Below, one piece after another: positions 19,397 through 28,384 of a stretch of 60,539 nt of DNA. Under the pieces are notes generated by a model, which saw nothing but the letters and a program-made list of their open reading frames with translations, ran no database searches and was not told the DNA's origin. Source of the DNA: Patescibacteria group bacterium (GTDB taxonomy: Bacteria > Patescibacteriota > Minisyncoccia > Phycocordibacterales > UBA12445); NCBI GenBank assembly GCA_003504275.1, contig DOAO01000008.1, positions 1 through 60,539 of the forward strand. The letters are read 5' to 3'. The position numbers were made by a program, and so were the translations under genes. Numbering within the stretch: position 1 is the first letter of the stretch; the number at the start of each line of letters is the position of its first letter.

Positions 19397-19628
19397 GTCA
19401 TTCCTGCGTAGGCGGGGTCGATGGAATCGTCATCGACACCTGCCTACCGCAGGCAGGTCTGTAGACGAAATCCAGTCTTTTGTCGTCATTGCGAACCGAG
19501 GCGTCCTAGCCGAGGTGTGGCCGTCTACAGGTGTCGACGTTAATCTTCGTCGACCAATCTAGAGAATACTGGAAAGAAACCCTGGATTGCCGCGGACTTC
19601 GGCTAGGACGCCTTGTCCTCGCAATGAC
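19397..19628. repeat. cluster of nested REP-like palindromes (families A, B, C)
   Basis: GTCATTCC-type and GTCATTGCGA-type REPs, each interrupted by the GTCGAC/GTCTAC element; one insert carries CCTGCCTACCGCAGGCAGG. Confidence 0.85.
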
Positions 19629-19652
19629 GATAAGGAGAATGCACTATTAACA

Positions 19653-20243
19653 ATGTCCTATCACATCTATAAAACCGAAGGATTTATTGTCGGCTCTGTT
19701 CCTGTCGGGGAGGCAAACAGGCTTATTTCCGTATATACAGAAGAGCTTGGGCTTGTGAGGGGGATGGCGCAGGGTGTCAGGAATTTACGTTCAAAATTAA
19801 AACACTCACTTCAAGATCTTTTTTATACAAAGATATCTTTTGTTCGTGGCAAGGATATTTGGCGTATTGTAAATGCCGAGAGACTTCCTCTTGTCGGCGA
19901 CGAGATACTTACAGGAGAAAAGAAAGTTTTTATTGCAAAAGTGGCACTTCTTTTAAGGCGATTTGTTAAAGGAGAAGGGAGAGATGAAACTCTTTTTAAC
20001 GATTTAAGAGCAGGATTAAATTTTTTGAAAGAAAATATTTTGTCCGAGTCTGAAATGAAAAAATTTGAGTTAATTTTTGTTTTACGATTTTTGGGACATT
20101 TGGGCTACGGTCCATATGAGAGTCATTTCACTGACATACTCTCTTTCACAGAATGGTCTAGTGACTTGCTTAATTTAGCGGATGGCAAAGAAAACGATAT
20201 TTCGTCGATAATAAACCGCGCAATGACCGCAAGTCACCTATAA
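19653..20243 (+). CDS. recO: RecO-like recombination mediator
   Basis: TEGFIV..GEANRLISVYTEELGLV..AQGVR..SKL OB-fold. The ORF-track extension runs through a repeat, so start set at MSYHIY. Confidence 0.85.
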   Translation: MSYHIYKTEGFIVGSVPVGEANRLISVYTEELGLVRGMAQGVRNLRSKLKHSLQDLFYTKISFVRGKDIWRIVNAERLPLVGDEILTGEKKVFIAKVALLLRRFVKGEGRDETLFNDLRAGLNFLKENILSESEMKKFELIFVLRFLGHLGYGPYESHFTDILSFTEWSSDLLNLADGKENDISSIINRAMTASHL

Positions 20244-20397
20244 AAAAGTAAAAACTAGAAGCGAAAAGTGAAAAATACCCTTATTTCAGGCTTTTTGTGG
20301 CCCAAGCTATTGACTTTTATAAATATAAGGTGTATAATGATAAGATAAAGTTAAGATTTTTGAAAAATAAATAAAAGAATAAAAAGGAGTGATTTTT

Positions 20398-20643
20398 ATG
20401 ATGTTAACAAATAATTTAGAACAGGCCATTTTATTGAGAAACGATTGTCTTGTTATTTCTATTTTGTTTTTAATTGTTGTATTTTTCGGTTTCTTTATGG
20501 TCATGATATCTGATTCCCCAATCGGTGGTATGGCATTAATCGTGTCCTTTGGTTTCGGATTTGTCCTTTCTTTTATAGACGGAATGGCTGCTGAAGAGGA
20601 AATTGCGATATATAAAGAAATAGGACAAAGAAAGCTTGAATAA
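20398..20643 (+). CDS. small two-TM membrane protein
   Basis: TTGACT-17-TATAAT promoter (20310), TTTGAAAA, AGGAG RBS. Confidence 0.7.
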   Translation: MMLTNNLEQAILLRNDCLVISILFLIVVFFGFFMVMISDSPIGGMALIVSFGFGFVLSFIDGMAAEEEIAIYKEIGQRKLE

Positions 20644-20667
20644 AAAGTTTAAAAAGTAACTGAAACC

Positions 20668-20698
20668 ACACGGCTCACCAAAAAGGTGGGCCGTTTTT
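20668..20698 (+). terminator. intrinsic terminator, duplicated at 21442-21472
   Basis: ACACGGCTCACCAAAAAGGTGGGCCGTTTTT. Confidence 0.8.
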
Positions 20699-20801
20699 CT
20701 TTGGTATTGACATAATCCTTTCTGTACGGTAGTTTTATTCTCAAATAGTGTTGTTTTTTGAAAAACCAATAAGAGTAAGAAAGATGGAGGAGGGAGATAA
20801 T

Positions 20802-21410
20802 ATGATTAGTTGGGAACTATGTTTGAGTTTATTTTTGGGAAGTGTCGTATCTTTATTCATAAAGTATATTTTAGATAAATGCGACAAAGAAAAAGCTCTT
20901 TTTGCACAAGTGCAGGTTGCTAAAACCTCCGATGAGGTAAGAAAAATAATTATGCAGGGAAAACTGAATAGCCAACATCACGATGAGGCTTTTGAAAAGT
21001 TAATCTTGCTTTGTGACCAAGAAAGAATATCTGGATTAGCTCCAAAACTTGCAGAGGCTAAAACTTTTGAAGAAGTTGAGGCTATTTATTACGCACTACC
21101 TGAAGGAGATCTAAAAAATAAGGCCGAAGAATTAAAAGATAGTCTTTTTTTAGAAGAGCTTCGTGCGGAGCTTGATAAAGCTACAACTTCTCGTGAAGTA
21201 TTTAAGGTGTATGAAGAAGCGCCTGAGAATAGTCACCTGGAGCTTGAAGCAGAGCTGAAGTATAAGGAACTTTTAACAAAGGAAATCGCGGAATGTAATA
21301 GTCTCAAAGAGCTTAAATATATTATAATCGATGAACAAAAAGAATCTTTTTTCGATCATGCAGTCTGCAGGTACGCTGAGATTATGCGCCGATCGAAAGA
21401 AAGAGGATAA
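20802..21410 (+). CDS. membrane-anchored helical-repeat protein
   Basis: GGAGGAGGG RBS before MISWEL, N-terminal TM, repeats starting AKTSDEV / AKTFEEV / ATTSREV. Confidence 0.7.
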   Translation: MISWELCLSLFLGSVVSLFIKYILDKCDKEKALFAQVQVAKTSDEVRKIIMQGKLNSQHHDEAFEKLILLCDQERISGLAPKLAEAKTFEEVEAIYYALPEGDLKNKAEELKDSLFLEELRAELDKATTSREVFKVYEEAPENSHLELEAELKYKELLTKEIAECNSLKELKYIIIDEQKESFFDHAVCRYAEIMRRSKERG

Positions 21411-21441
21411 GAGGATAAATAGTTTAAAAAGAAATGCAGTT

Positions 21442-21472
21442 ACACGGCTCACCAAAAAGGTGGGTCGTTTTT
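21442..21472 (+). terminator. intrinsic terminator, copy 2
   Basis: One mismatch to 20668-20698. Confidence 0.8.
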
Positions 21473-21632
21473 AATATCTAAAATAAATTAAACCCTCTTA
21501 CTCTAATAATTTCACGAACGTGAGATTATTTGTGTGGGGGATAAAAGTGAGTTTTTATTTTTTATAATTGAGTGTTTTAAGGTATAATTAATTTGAAGGA
21601 TTATGTCTTTTTAATTTTAATGTTACAAAAAA

Positions 21633-23558
21633 ATGGATGATAATTTAGAAGAGGGCGGAATTAAAAAAACAGAAAAGCGACTTTATTCACAAGATCCGGG
21701 CAATCTAGAAAGGAAGAGAAGTCAACTTTCTGGCGTGGATTATGAAGAAAAAGTCACTTGGGGTGGGGAAGAAGGGTTAAATATAAAAAATATGGCACAA
21801 ACCAGAAAAAAGTTTCCGATACTATCTCTTATATTGACCCTTTCTTTTGTTTTCTTTGTCGGGGCGACAATTTTTGCTACTTATTTATATTTGGGCAGTA
21901 CAAATGTAATATCTCCGGACAACGTCGACATATCTGTTATCGGCCCTGTTTCTGTAAAAGCGGGAGAAGAAATAAATTTGCAGGTTGCAATTACGAATAA
22001 AAATAACACCGCACTTGAATATGTCGAGCTTATTGCAACATTCCCGGGTGGTTCAAAAATTCTCACAAATAAAGTAAATGACACACAATACAGGAAGAAT
22101 TTGGGCACAATAAAACCGAATGAAATCATTACCGAGACTATCAAAACCGCTCTTTTTGGAGAGGAGAATGCGGACAGGGAAGTAATTGTCGCGATAGAAT
22201 ATAGAAACGAAAATTCAAATGCGATAATGGAAAAAGAAACAATTTGGAAGACCATTGTAAGCTCTTCGCCACTGTCTCTTATTTTTGATATGCCGACAGA
22301 TGCTAACTCAAATCAAGAGATTACTCTTAATGTTAAGACTATTTCTAATTCCAAGGATACGATGCGTGACGTGGTATTAAATGTTGCCTATCCTTCAGGA
22401 TTTATTTTTAAGGAAGCTATACCTAAGGCCTCGTCGGGTAATGGAGTATGGTTCTTGGGCGATTTTAAGCAGGGAGAAGAAAAGTTGGTTAAAATAAAGG
22501 GTGTTATACAAGGTCAGAACGAAGAGGAACGAGCCTTTAGGGTAATTGCAGGACAACGTACGAATAAGGATTCTACAAAAGTTGAAGTAGCCTACGCATC
22601 TTCTCTTAAAACTCTTGTTATAAGAAAATCATTTATTAGTGCGAATCTCGCATTTAACGGAAACCAGGAAGATACTTACGTAATAACGGATGGACAGTCG
22701 GTAAGAGGCGATATCGAATGGGAAAATAATTTACCGGTAAATCTTCTTCATGCCGAGATGAATATAAAATTAATTGGCGACGTCTTTGATAAATCATCAA
22801 TAAACTCTTCCACTGGTTTTTATAATTCCGCAGATAATACTATCGTGTGGAATAAGTCGAGCGGAGGGCTTCCGGATTTAATAAGCTCCGGTCAAAGCAA
22901 TAGACTTTCTTTCTCTTTTAGTCCATTACCACTTCTTTCTGGAAAGAGAACCATCTTTAGGAATCCGGAGTTAAATTTTGAATTAACATTTAAGGGATTT
23001 AAGTCTTCCGAAACAAGAGAGGCGGATGCTATTGTGGAGACGACTTTAAAGAAAAAAATAAAAATTTCCTCAAATCTTCAAGTATCCCCAAGAGCTCTCT
23101 ACTTCTCTGGACCATTCAAGAATACCGGCCCCCTCCCACCAGTTCATGATAATGAGACGACTTATACTGTAGTTTGGTCAGTTGTTAACTCTTCAAATGA
23201 TGTTTCTGATGTGGCCGTAAAGACGACATTGCCTCCTTACGTGAGATGGTTGGGAGTCTCATCTCCAAACACTGAAGCAATTACTTATAACCCACTTGGC
23301 GGAGAGATATCTTGGAATGTTGGTTCTGTTAAGGCGGGGAGCGGGATTACTGTACCTGCGAGAGAGGTCGCTTTTCAGGTGGCAATGGTTCCTAGTTTAG
23401 GACAAATCGGGCAATATCCGTCTATTACAGCCGATACTATTATCTCGGGACACGATGAATTTACAGGATCAAATATAACATATAGTAGAAAGGCGGTTTC
23501 ATCACAGCTTACTAGTGACCCTCTTGTGCAAGGTAGTTCAGCAGATTCGGTAAAATGA
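21633..23558 (+). CDS. single-pass membrane protein with beta-sandwich (Ig/DUF11-like) extracellular domains
   Basis: One N-terminal TM, then patterns such as GEEINLQVAITNKN, YPSGFIF, TTLPPYVRW. Confidence 0.7.
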   Translation: MDDNLEEGGIKKTEKRLYSQDPGNLERKRSQLSGVDYEEKVTWGGEEGLNIKNMAQTRKKFPILSLILTLSFVFFVGATIFATYLYLGSTNVISPDNVDISVIGPVSVKAGEEINLQVAITNKNNTALEYVELIATFPGGSKILTNKVNDTQYRKNLGTIKPNEIITETIKTALFGEENADREVIVAIEYRNENSNAIMEKETIWKTIVSSSPLSLIFDMPTDANSNQEITLNVKTISNSKDTMRDVVLNVAYPSGFIFKEAIPKASSGNGVWFLGDFKQGEEKLVKIKGVIQGQNEEERAFRVIAGQRTNKDSTKVEVAYASSLKTLVIRKSFISANLAFNGNQEDTYVITDGQSVRGDIEWENNLPVNLLHAEMNIKLIGDVFDKSSINSSTGFYNSADNTIVWNKSSGGLPDLISSGQSNRLSFSFSPLPLLSGKRTIFRNPELNFELTFKGFKSSETREADAIVETTLKKKIKISSNLQVSPRALYFSGPFKNTGPLPPVHDNETTYTVVWSVVNSSNDVSDVAVKTTLPPYVRWLGVSSPNTEAITYNPLGGEISWNVGSVKAGSGITVPAREVAFQVAMVPSLGQIGQYPSITADTIISGHDEFTGSNITYSRKAVSSQLTSDPLVQGSSADSVK

Positions 23559-23580
23559 TAGATAGTGCATTCTCCTTATC

Positions 23581-23684
23581 GTCATCCGCCCGGATGAATG
23601 CGATTCATCCATTCGGACGGGTTGCGAGGACGAGGCCTGTCTGCCGGTAGGTAGGCGCCCAAGCTGAAGGACGCGGCAATCCAG
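23581..23684. repeat. family A REP with two nested palindromes
   Basis: GTCAT[23586-23621]TGCGAGGACGAGG[23636-23655]...GCGGCAATCCAG. Confidence 0.8.
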
Positions 23685-23730
23685 TTGTGAACAGGTGTTA
23701 GGATTGAATTTTTGTTTATTTTTAGCCTGT

Positions 23731-23842
23731 CCCGTAGGAAGTTTCCTATTTAAATTAAAACTAAGACAAAGTAAGCCACTAGGCGGATTCCGAGAAATGT
23801 GTAATATAGTAAGGGAATGTTTATTCGAACTTTCCTACTGGG
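23731..23842 (+). mobile_element. MITE-like element, family D
   Basis: CCCGTAGGAA ... GGCGGATTCCGAG ... CGAACTTTCCTACTGGG. Confidence 0.65.
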
Positions 23843-23867
23843 ATAGTATTCTGCTAAAATAATTTTT

Positions 23868-25184
23868 ATGACTAAAAACAACGAAGAAAATACATTAGAC
23901 AAGGTTGTCTCATTGGCAAAAAGACGTGGTTTTATATTTCAGGGTTCTGAAATATATGGCGGTTTAGGAGGTACTTGGGACTACGGTCCTCTTGGTGTTG
24001 CCCTTAAAAATAATATAAAGAATATCTGGTGGAAGAAGTTCGTGGATGACAGAGAGGATATGTATGGAGTAGACGCAGCTATACTTATGAACCCAAAAGT
24101 CTGGGAGTCTTCTGGTCACGTTACGACTTTTACTGACCCGCTAGTTGAATGTGCAAAATGTAAACGCAGATTTAGAGCTGATCACGTCGAAGGGGATAAA
24201 TGTCCTGAGTGTGGAGGCAAGATCGGTGATGCAAGGCAATTCAATATGATGTTTAAGACAAACGTTGGTCCCGTTGAAGATTCTTCATCTGTTACATATT
24301 TAAGACCAGAAACAGCCGGAGGTATCTTCATGAATTTTAAGAATGTTCTTGATTCTTTCCATCCAAAATTACCGTTTGGTATTGCTCAGATAGGTAAGGC
24401 ATTTAGGAATGAAATAACTCCAAAAGATTTTATTTTCCGAGTCAGAGAATTTGAACAGATGGAGATAGAGTATTTCATTAGACCGGAAGGTTGGGAGGGT
24501 GTTTTTGAAGAATGGAGAAAGTCTTTGGTTGATTTTATTGATGAGATGGGTATTGATAGCTCAAAAGTTTCCGAGCTTAACGTGAAGCCGGAAGATCTCG
24601 CTCATTACTCAAAGAAAACAATTGATTTCGAATTTGAATTTCCATTTGGTAAGAAGGAGCTTTACGGTCTTGCCTATAGGACAGACCACGACTTGAAGAG
24701 CCATATGGCTGGAAGCGGTGTAGACCTTAATTATTTTGAAGAGGGTATGGGCGATAAGTTTTTGCCACATGTTATAGAGCCTTCGCTTGGAGTAGATAGG
24801 ACAGTTCTCGCGATACTAACCAGTGCTTATACAGAAGACACAATGGGCGAGGGAACAAGAGTGTTTTTGAAATTAAAACCAAAGATTGCTCCTATAAAGG
24901 CTGCCGTTTTCCCTCTTATGAAGAATAAGCCTGAGCTTGTAGAGAAAGCCAGAAAAATTTGGAAAGATTTGAAAGCGGTCGTGCCACAGGTAATGTTTGA
25001 CGACAATGGAAATGTCGGGAAGAGATACAGGAGACAGGACGAGATTGGTACGCCATTTTGTATAACAGTAGATTTCGATACGCTAGAGGCTGACACAGTG
25101 ACAGTTAGAGACAGAGATACGGGTACACAGGAGAGAATTGCTGTAAAAGATTTGAATGAATATGTTTTAAATAGGATAGCTTAA
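23868..25184 (+). CDS. glyQS: glycyl-tRNA synthetase, alpha2 type
   Basis: KRRGF..SEIYGG, YLRPETA, GKAFRNEITP..FIFRVREFEQMEIE, VIEPSLGVDR, RYRRQDEIGTP. Confidence 0.96.
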   Translation: MTKNNEENTLDKVVSLAKRRGFIFQGSEIYGGLGGTWDYGPLGVALKNNIKNIWWKKFVDDREDMYGVDAAILMNPKVWESSGHVTTFTDPLVECAKCKRRFRADHVEGDKCPECGGKIGDARQFNMMFKTNVGPVEDSSSVTYLRPETAGGIFMNFKNVLDSFHPKLPFGIAQIGKAFRNEITPKDFIFRVREFEQMEIEYFIRPEGWEGVFEEWRKSLVDFIDEMGIDSSKVSELNVKPEDLAHYSKKTIDFEFEFPFGKKELYGLAYRTDHDLKSHMAGSGVDLNYFEEGMGDKFLPHVIEPSLGVDRTVLAILTSAYTEDTMGEGTRVFLKLKPKIAPIKAAVFPLMKNKPELVEKARKIWKDLKAVVPQVMFDDNGNVGKRYRRQDEIGTPFCITVDFDTLEADTVTVRDRDTGTQERIAVKDLNEYVLNRIA

Positions 25185-25190
25185 CCTAGT

Positions 25191-25271
25191 GTCATTGCGA
25201 GACGAGGCGCGTTGCCCAGTAGTGAGCTCCGCTCTACTACTTTGGGTCTTAGCCGAGGCGTGGCAATCTAG
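25191..25271. repeat. family A REP with a nested hairpin
   Basis: GTCATTGCGAGACGAGGCG[insert]TCTTAGCCGAGGCGTGGCAATCTAG. Confidence 0.75.
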
Positions 25272-25433
25272 AATTTAAAAATCTTAAATCAGAATTTCTA
25301 ATTTTCTAAATAAATCCCAATATCAAATAACCAAAAAATTGGGCAATAAAAAACTCGTCATTAAGACGAGTTTTGGTTTTTGCGGTGATGTTTCGTAATT
25401 ATTTTAATATCGTAATTCTTTTAGAATGCAGGT

Positions 25434-25628
25434 TCACCAGCAGAAGGTCTCCATCTTTCGACCACACTTACCGCAGATTCCTTTATCTGTAGTAATTTTG
25501 CATTTGGTGCACATTACATCATTAGTCGGGTTTTCATATATGGGGTAACCCCTTCGTGCCAACAAGGCCAATACCGCAACAATTACACAGGGAATAAGAA
25601 ATATCATTATTACAGCCCAAGTTTCCAT
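25434..25628 (-). CDS. small TM + zinc-ribbon protein
   Basis: N-terminal TM, CTKC...CGKCG, AAGGGGG RBS. Confidence 0.7.
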   Translation of the reverse strand: METWAVIMIFLIPCVIVAVLALLARRGYPIYENPTNDVMCTKCKITTDKGICGKCGRKMETFCW

Positions 25629-25641
25629 ATTTTTAACCCCC

Positions 25642-25890
25642 TTAATCTTTTAGAACCTTTACTTTTTTGCCACAAGTTGGACAGAAATTATCTCCAGGAT
25701 TGAAGTGTTTTCCGCAACATGTATACATTATTGTTCCTTTGTTGCCACATTTTGCACAGAAAGGCGTCTCCGTTCCTAAGTATTTATCGCATTCCTTGCA
25801 ATGATAACGACGTTTGTTTTTGGATGCCACTACTGAAAAAAAGACAGATAATAGAATAAATGAGAAAATTAAGGTAATGACTTCAGGCAT
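25642..25890 (-). CDS. small TM + double zinc-ribbon protein
   Basis: TM, CKEC..FCAKCG, CCG..FCPTCG, GGAGGTG RBS. Confidence 0.8.
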   Translation of the reverse strand: MPEVITLIFSFILLSVFFSVVASKNKRRYHCKECDKYLGTETPFCAKCGNKGTIMYTCCGKHFNPGDNFCPTCGKKVKVLKD

Positions 25891-26020
25891 ATTTTCACCT
25901 CCGCTATTTAAAATAACTTTTCTGAATGAACAATATAGTATTTTTGCTACAGTGTCAAGATTATAAAAAAACCTTTATACATTATGATTGAATAAAGTTT
26001 ATTCCTTTTTAAATATTATT

Positions 26021-27289
26021 ATGAATTACAAGAAAACAATTTTGAAGAACGGTCTCAGGGTTATAACGATTCCGGAAGAGGACAGCTTGGCTGTTGCTGT
26101 TTTTGTACTAGTAGAAGCCGGTTCTAAATATGAGAAAAAGGAAGTAAACGGCATCTCGCATTTCTTGGAACATATGTGTTTTAAGGGAACAAAGACTAGA
26201 CCGACTGCTCTTGATATAAGTTCCGAGCTTGATTCTCTTGGAGCGCAGTTTAACGCTTTTACAAGCCAGGAATTTACGGGATATTACGCCAAAGTTGCTT
26301 CTAATCATTTTGACAAAGCACTTGATATTGTTTCCGACTTATACTTGAATCCTGTTTTTGATGAGAAAGAATTAGAAAAAGAGAAGGGGGTCATCATAGA
26401 AGAAATAAATATGTATGAGGATTTGCCACAGCATAGAGTGCAAGATCTCATATTGGAAACATTGTATGGTGATCAACCTGCAGGATGGAATGTCGCAGGG
26501 GAGAAAGAAACTGTAAAAAAATTCAACAGAGATACTTTTTTGAAATACAGGGGAGAGCATTATGTCTCTAGTGCGACAACCGTTGTTGTTGCCGGTAATT
26601 TCAATGAAGAAAAAGCCATAAAAGATATTGAGGAAAAGTTTTCTCAAATGCCTTCGGGAGAAAAACACGGTAAGTTGCCGGTAAAAGAGGAACAGGAAGC
26701 CCCCGCTATTACAATAAAGAAAAAAGAATCTGATCAGACACATCTAGTTTTGGCTGTAAGAACTTTTCCTGCTAATAACGAGAAGAATCATGTTATTGAA
26801 GTTCTCTCACAAGTATTGGGTGGGGGGATGAGCTCAAGACTTTTTCAGAAGATCAGAGAGGAGATGGGCGCCGCTTATTATATAAGATGTTCCAATAGTA
26901 CTCATACAGATCATGGTTTTTTGGAGGCATCATCTGGCGCTGACAATAAAAGGGCAAAGGAGGTTATTTCCGCTATTGTTTCTGAATTCGCAAGGATGAA
27001 AAATGAGCTTCCTTTAGAAAAGGAATTAAGTCGCGCTAAAGAGAGTTTGATTGGTAATTTGTTTTTGAGCCTTGAAACTTCTGATGCGATTGCCGGACAT
27101 TATGGTCTACAGGAGCTTATTAAAAGAAAAATAGAAAAGCCGGAGGAGTATGCTGAAAAGATAAGGGCGGTTACAGGCGAGGAGGTTATGGCTGTCGCTA
27201 AGGAGATATTTAAAGATGAGCATTTAAATTTGGCTCTCATTGGTCCATCTGAAAATAAGGATGAATTTGCCGGTCTGTTGAAAATGTAA
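26021..27289 (+). CDS. M16 (pitrilysin) family zinc peptidase
   Basis: GISHFLEHMCFKGT (HxxEH), NAFTS, LGGGMSSRLFQKIRE. Confidence 0.95.
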   Translation: MNYKKTILKNGLRVITIPEEDSLAVAVFVLVEAGSKYEKKEVNGISHFLEHMCFKGTKTRPTALDISSELDSLGAQFNAFTSQEFTGYYAKVASNHFDKALDIVSDLYLNPVFDEKELEKEKGVIIEEINMYEDLPQHRVQDLILETLYGDQPAGWNVAGEKETVKKFNRDTFLKYRGEHYVSSATTVVVAGNFNEEKAIKDIEEKFSQMPSGEKHGKLPVKEEQEAPAITIKKKESDQTHLVLAVRTFPANNEKNHVIEVLSQVLGGGMSSRLFQKIREEMGAAYYIRCSNSTHTDHGFLEASSGADNKRAKEVISAIVSEFARMKNELPLEKELSRAKESLIGNLFLSLETSDAIAGHYGLQELIKRKIEKPEEYAEKIRAVTGEEVMAVAKEIFKDEHLNLALIGPSENKDEFAGLLKM

Positions 27290-27301
27290 TATAGTTAGAT
27301 T

Positions 27302-28372
27302 GTGAAAACAGAACAAGATAACGTTTTTAGAGTGGAAATAACTAGCGGTTTTATTTTTAAAACGGTCGCGTTGCTTTTAGTATTGTGGCTTGTTTATTAC
27401 CTTCGTGACATTGTGGTAGCGATGCTCGTGTCCATCGTTGTCGCTTCTGCGCTTGAGCCATTTATACACTGGCTAAAAGAAAGAAAAATTCCTAGAGTTT
27501 TAGCTGTGGTACTAGTTTACGCCGCTCTCATTGGTATCGTGTTCTTGTCGGTGTCCGTGTTTCTCCCGCTTATTTTTGATGATTTTTTCAAACTATTTAC
27601 AATACTCCCTGCATATATAAGATCATTTGACGTTTCTAGTTATGTTTCTGAAACACCAGGTCAAATATTAACTGCTATTAAAAATATAGTAGCGGATAGT
27701 TTTTCTGTTGATAAAGTAATGCCAGGAATCACTAGTATAATATCTGGTACGTCCAGTAATATCGTTAGTACAGCCAAAACAATATTTAACGAAGGAGTAA
27801 TGCTCGTTATTATCGCTGTATTTTCTTTCTATTTTGCAGTTCAGGAAAATGGTATTGAAGGTTTCATTCGACTTGTTTCTCCGCTTAAATATGAGAATTA
27901 TGTATTGGATCTATGGAAAAGATCAAGAAGAAAAATCGGATTATGGATGCAGGGACAAATACTTCTCGGTGTACTAATTGGAGTATTCGTCTTTTTGGGA
28001 CTTTCTATAATTGGAATAAAGAACGCCCTCGCTCTTGCGGTATTTGCAAGTGTTATTGAAATTATTCCGGTATTTGGTCCTGTTTTGGCGGCATTTCCAG
28101 CTGCTATTTTGGCTTTTATTCAAAGCCCCTCTCTTGGATTTTTTGTAATAAGCTTCTTTATAATCATTCAACAGTTTGAAAATCACCTTATTTATCCGCT
28201 TGTAGTTAGGAAAATAGTGGGCATACCTCCACTCGTTTCAATAATTTTCCTTCTAGTTGGTTGGGAACTTGCTGGATTTTTTGGTATTATCCTCTCGATT
28301 CCCGCAGCCGTTATTTTGATAGAATTAGCAGAAGATTTTGAAAAGAAAAAGAGGTTTAACGTCAGTCAATAA
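27302..28372 (+). CDS. AI-2E (PerM) family transporter
   Basis: Multi-TM; EIIPVFGP, QQFENHLIYP, G.ILSIP. Confidence 0.92.
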   Translation: MKTEQDNVFRVEITSGFIFKTVALLLVLWLVYYLRDIVVAMLVSIVVASALEPFIHWLKERKIPRVLAVVLVYAALIGIVFLSVSVFLPLIFDDFFKLFTILPAYIRSFDVSSYVSETPGQILTAIKNIVADSFSVDKVMPGITSIISGTSSNIVSTAKTIFNEGVMLVIIAVFSFYFAVQENGIEGFIRLVSPLKYENYVLDLWKRSRRKIGLWMQGQILLGVLIGVFVFLGLSIIGIKNALALAVFASVIEIIPVFGPVLAAFPAAILAFIQSPSLGFFVISFFIIIQQFENHLIYPLVVRKIVGIPPLVSIIFLLVGWELAGFFGIILSIPAAVILIELAEDFEKKKRFNVSQ

Positions 28373-28384
28373 AGTCAAAGGTCC

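Noticed and set aside
19374-19652. 62-aa ORF and the N-terminal extension of recO
   Set aside because: Both are translations of nested repeat DNA.
13779-21472. Classical integron cassette array
   Set aside because: No intI gene and no clear attC core sites; the cassettes carry their own promoters and are dispersed.
21505-21530. parS-like palindrome AATAATTTCACGAACGTGAGATTATT
   Set aside because: Centre and flanks differ from TGTTTCACGTGAAACA; single copy; treated as an unexplained hairpin.
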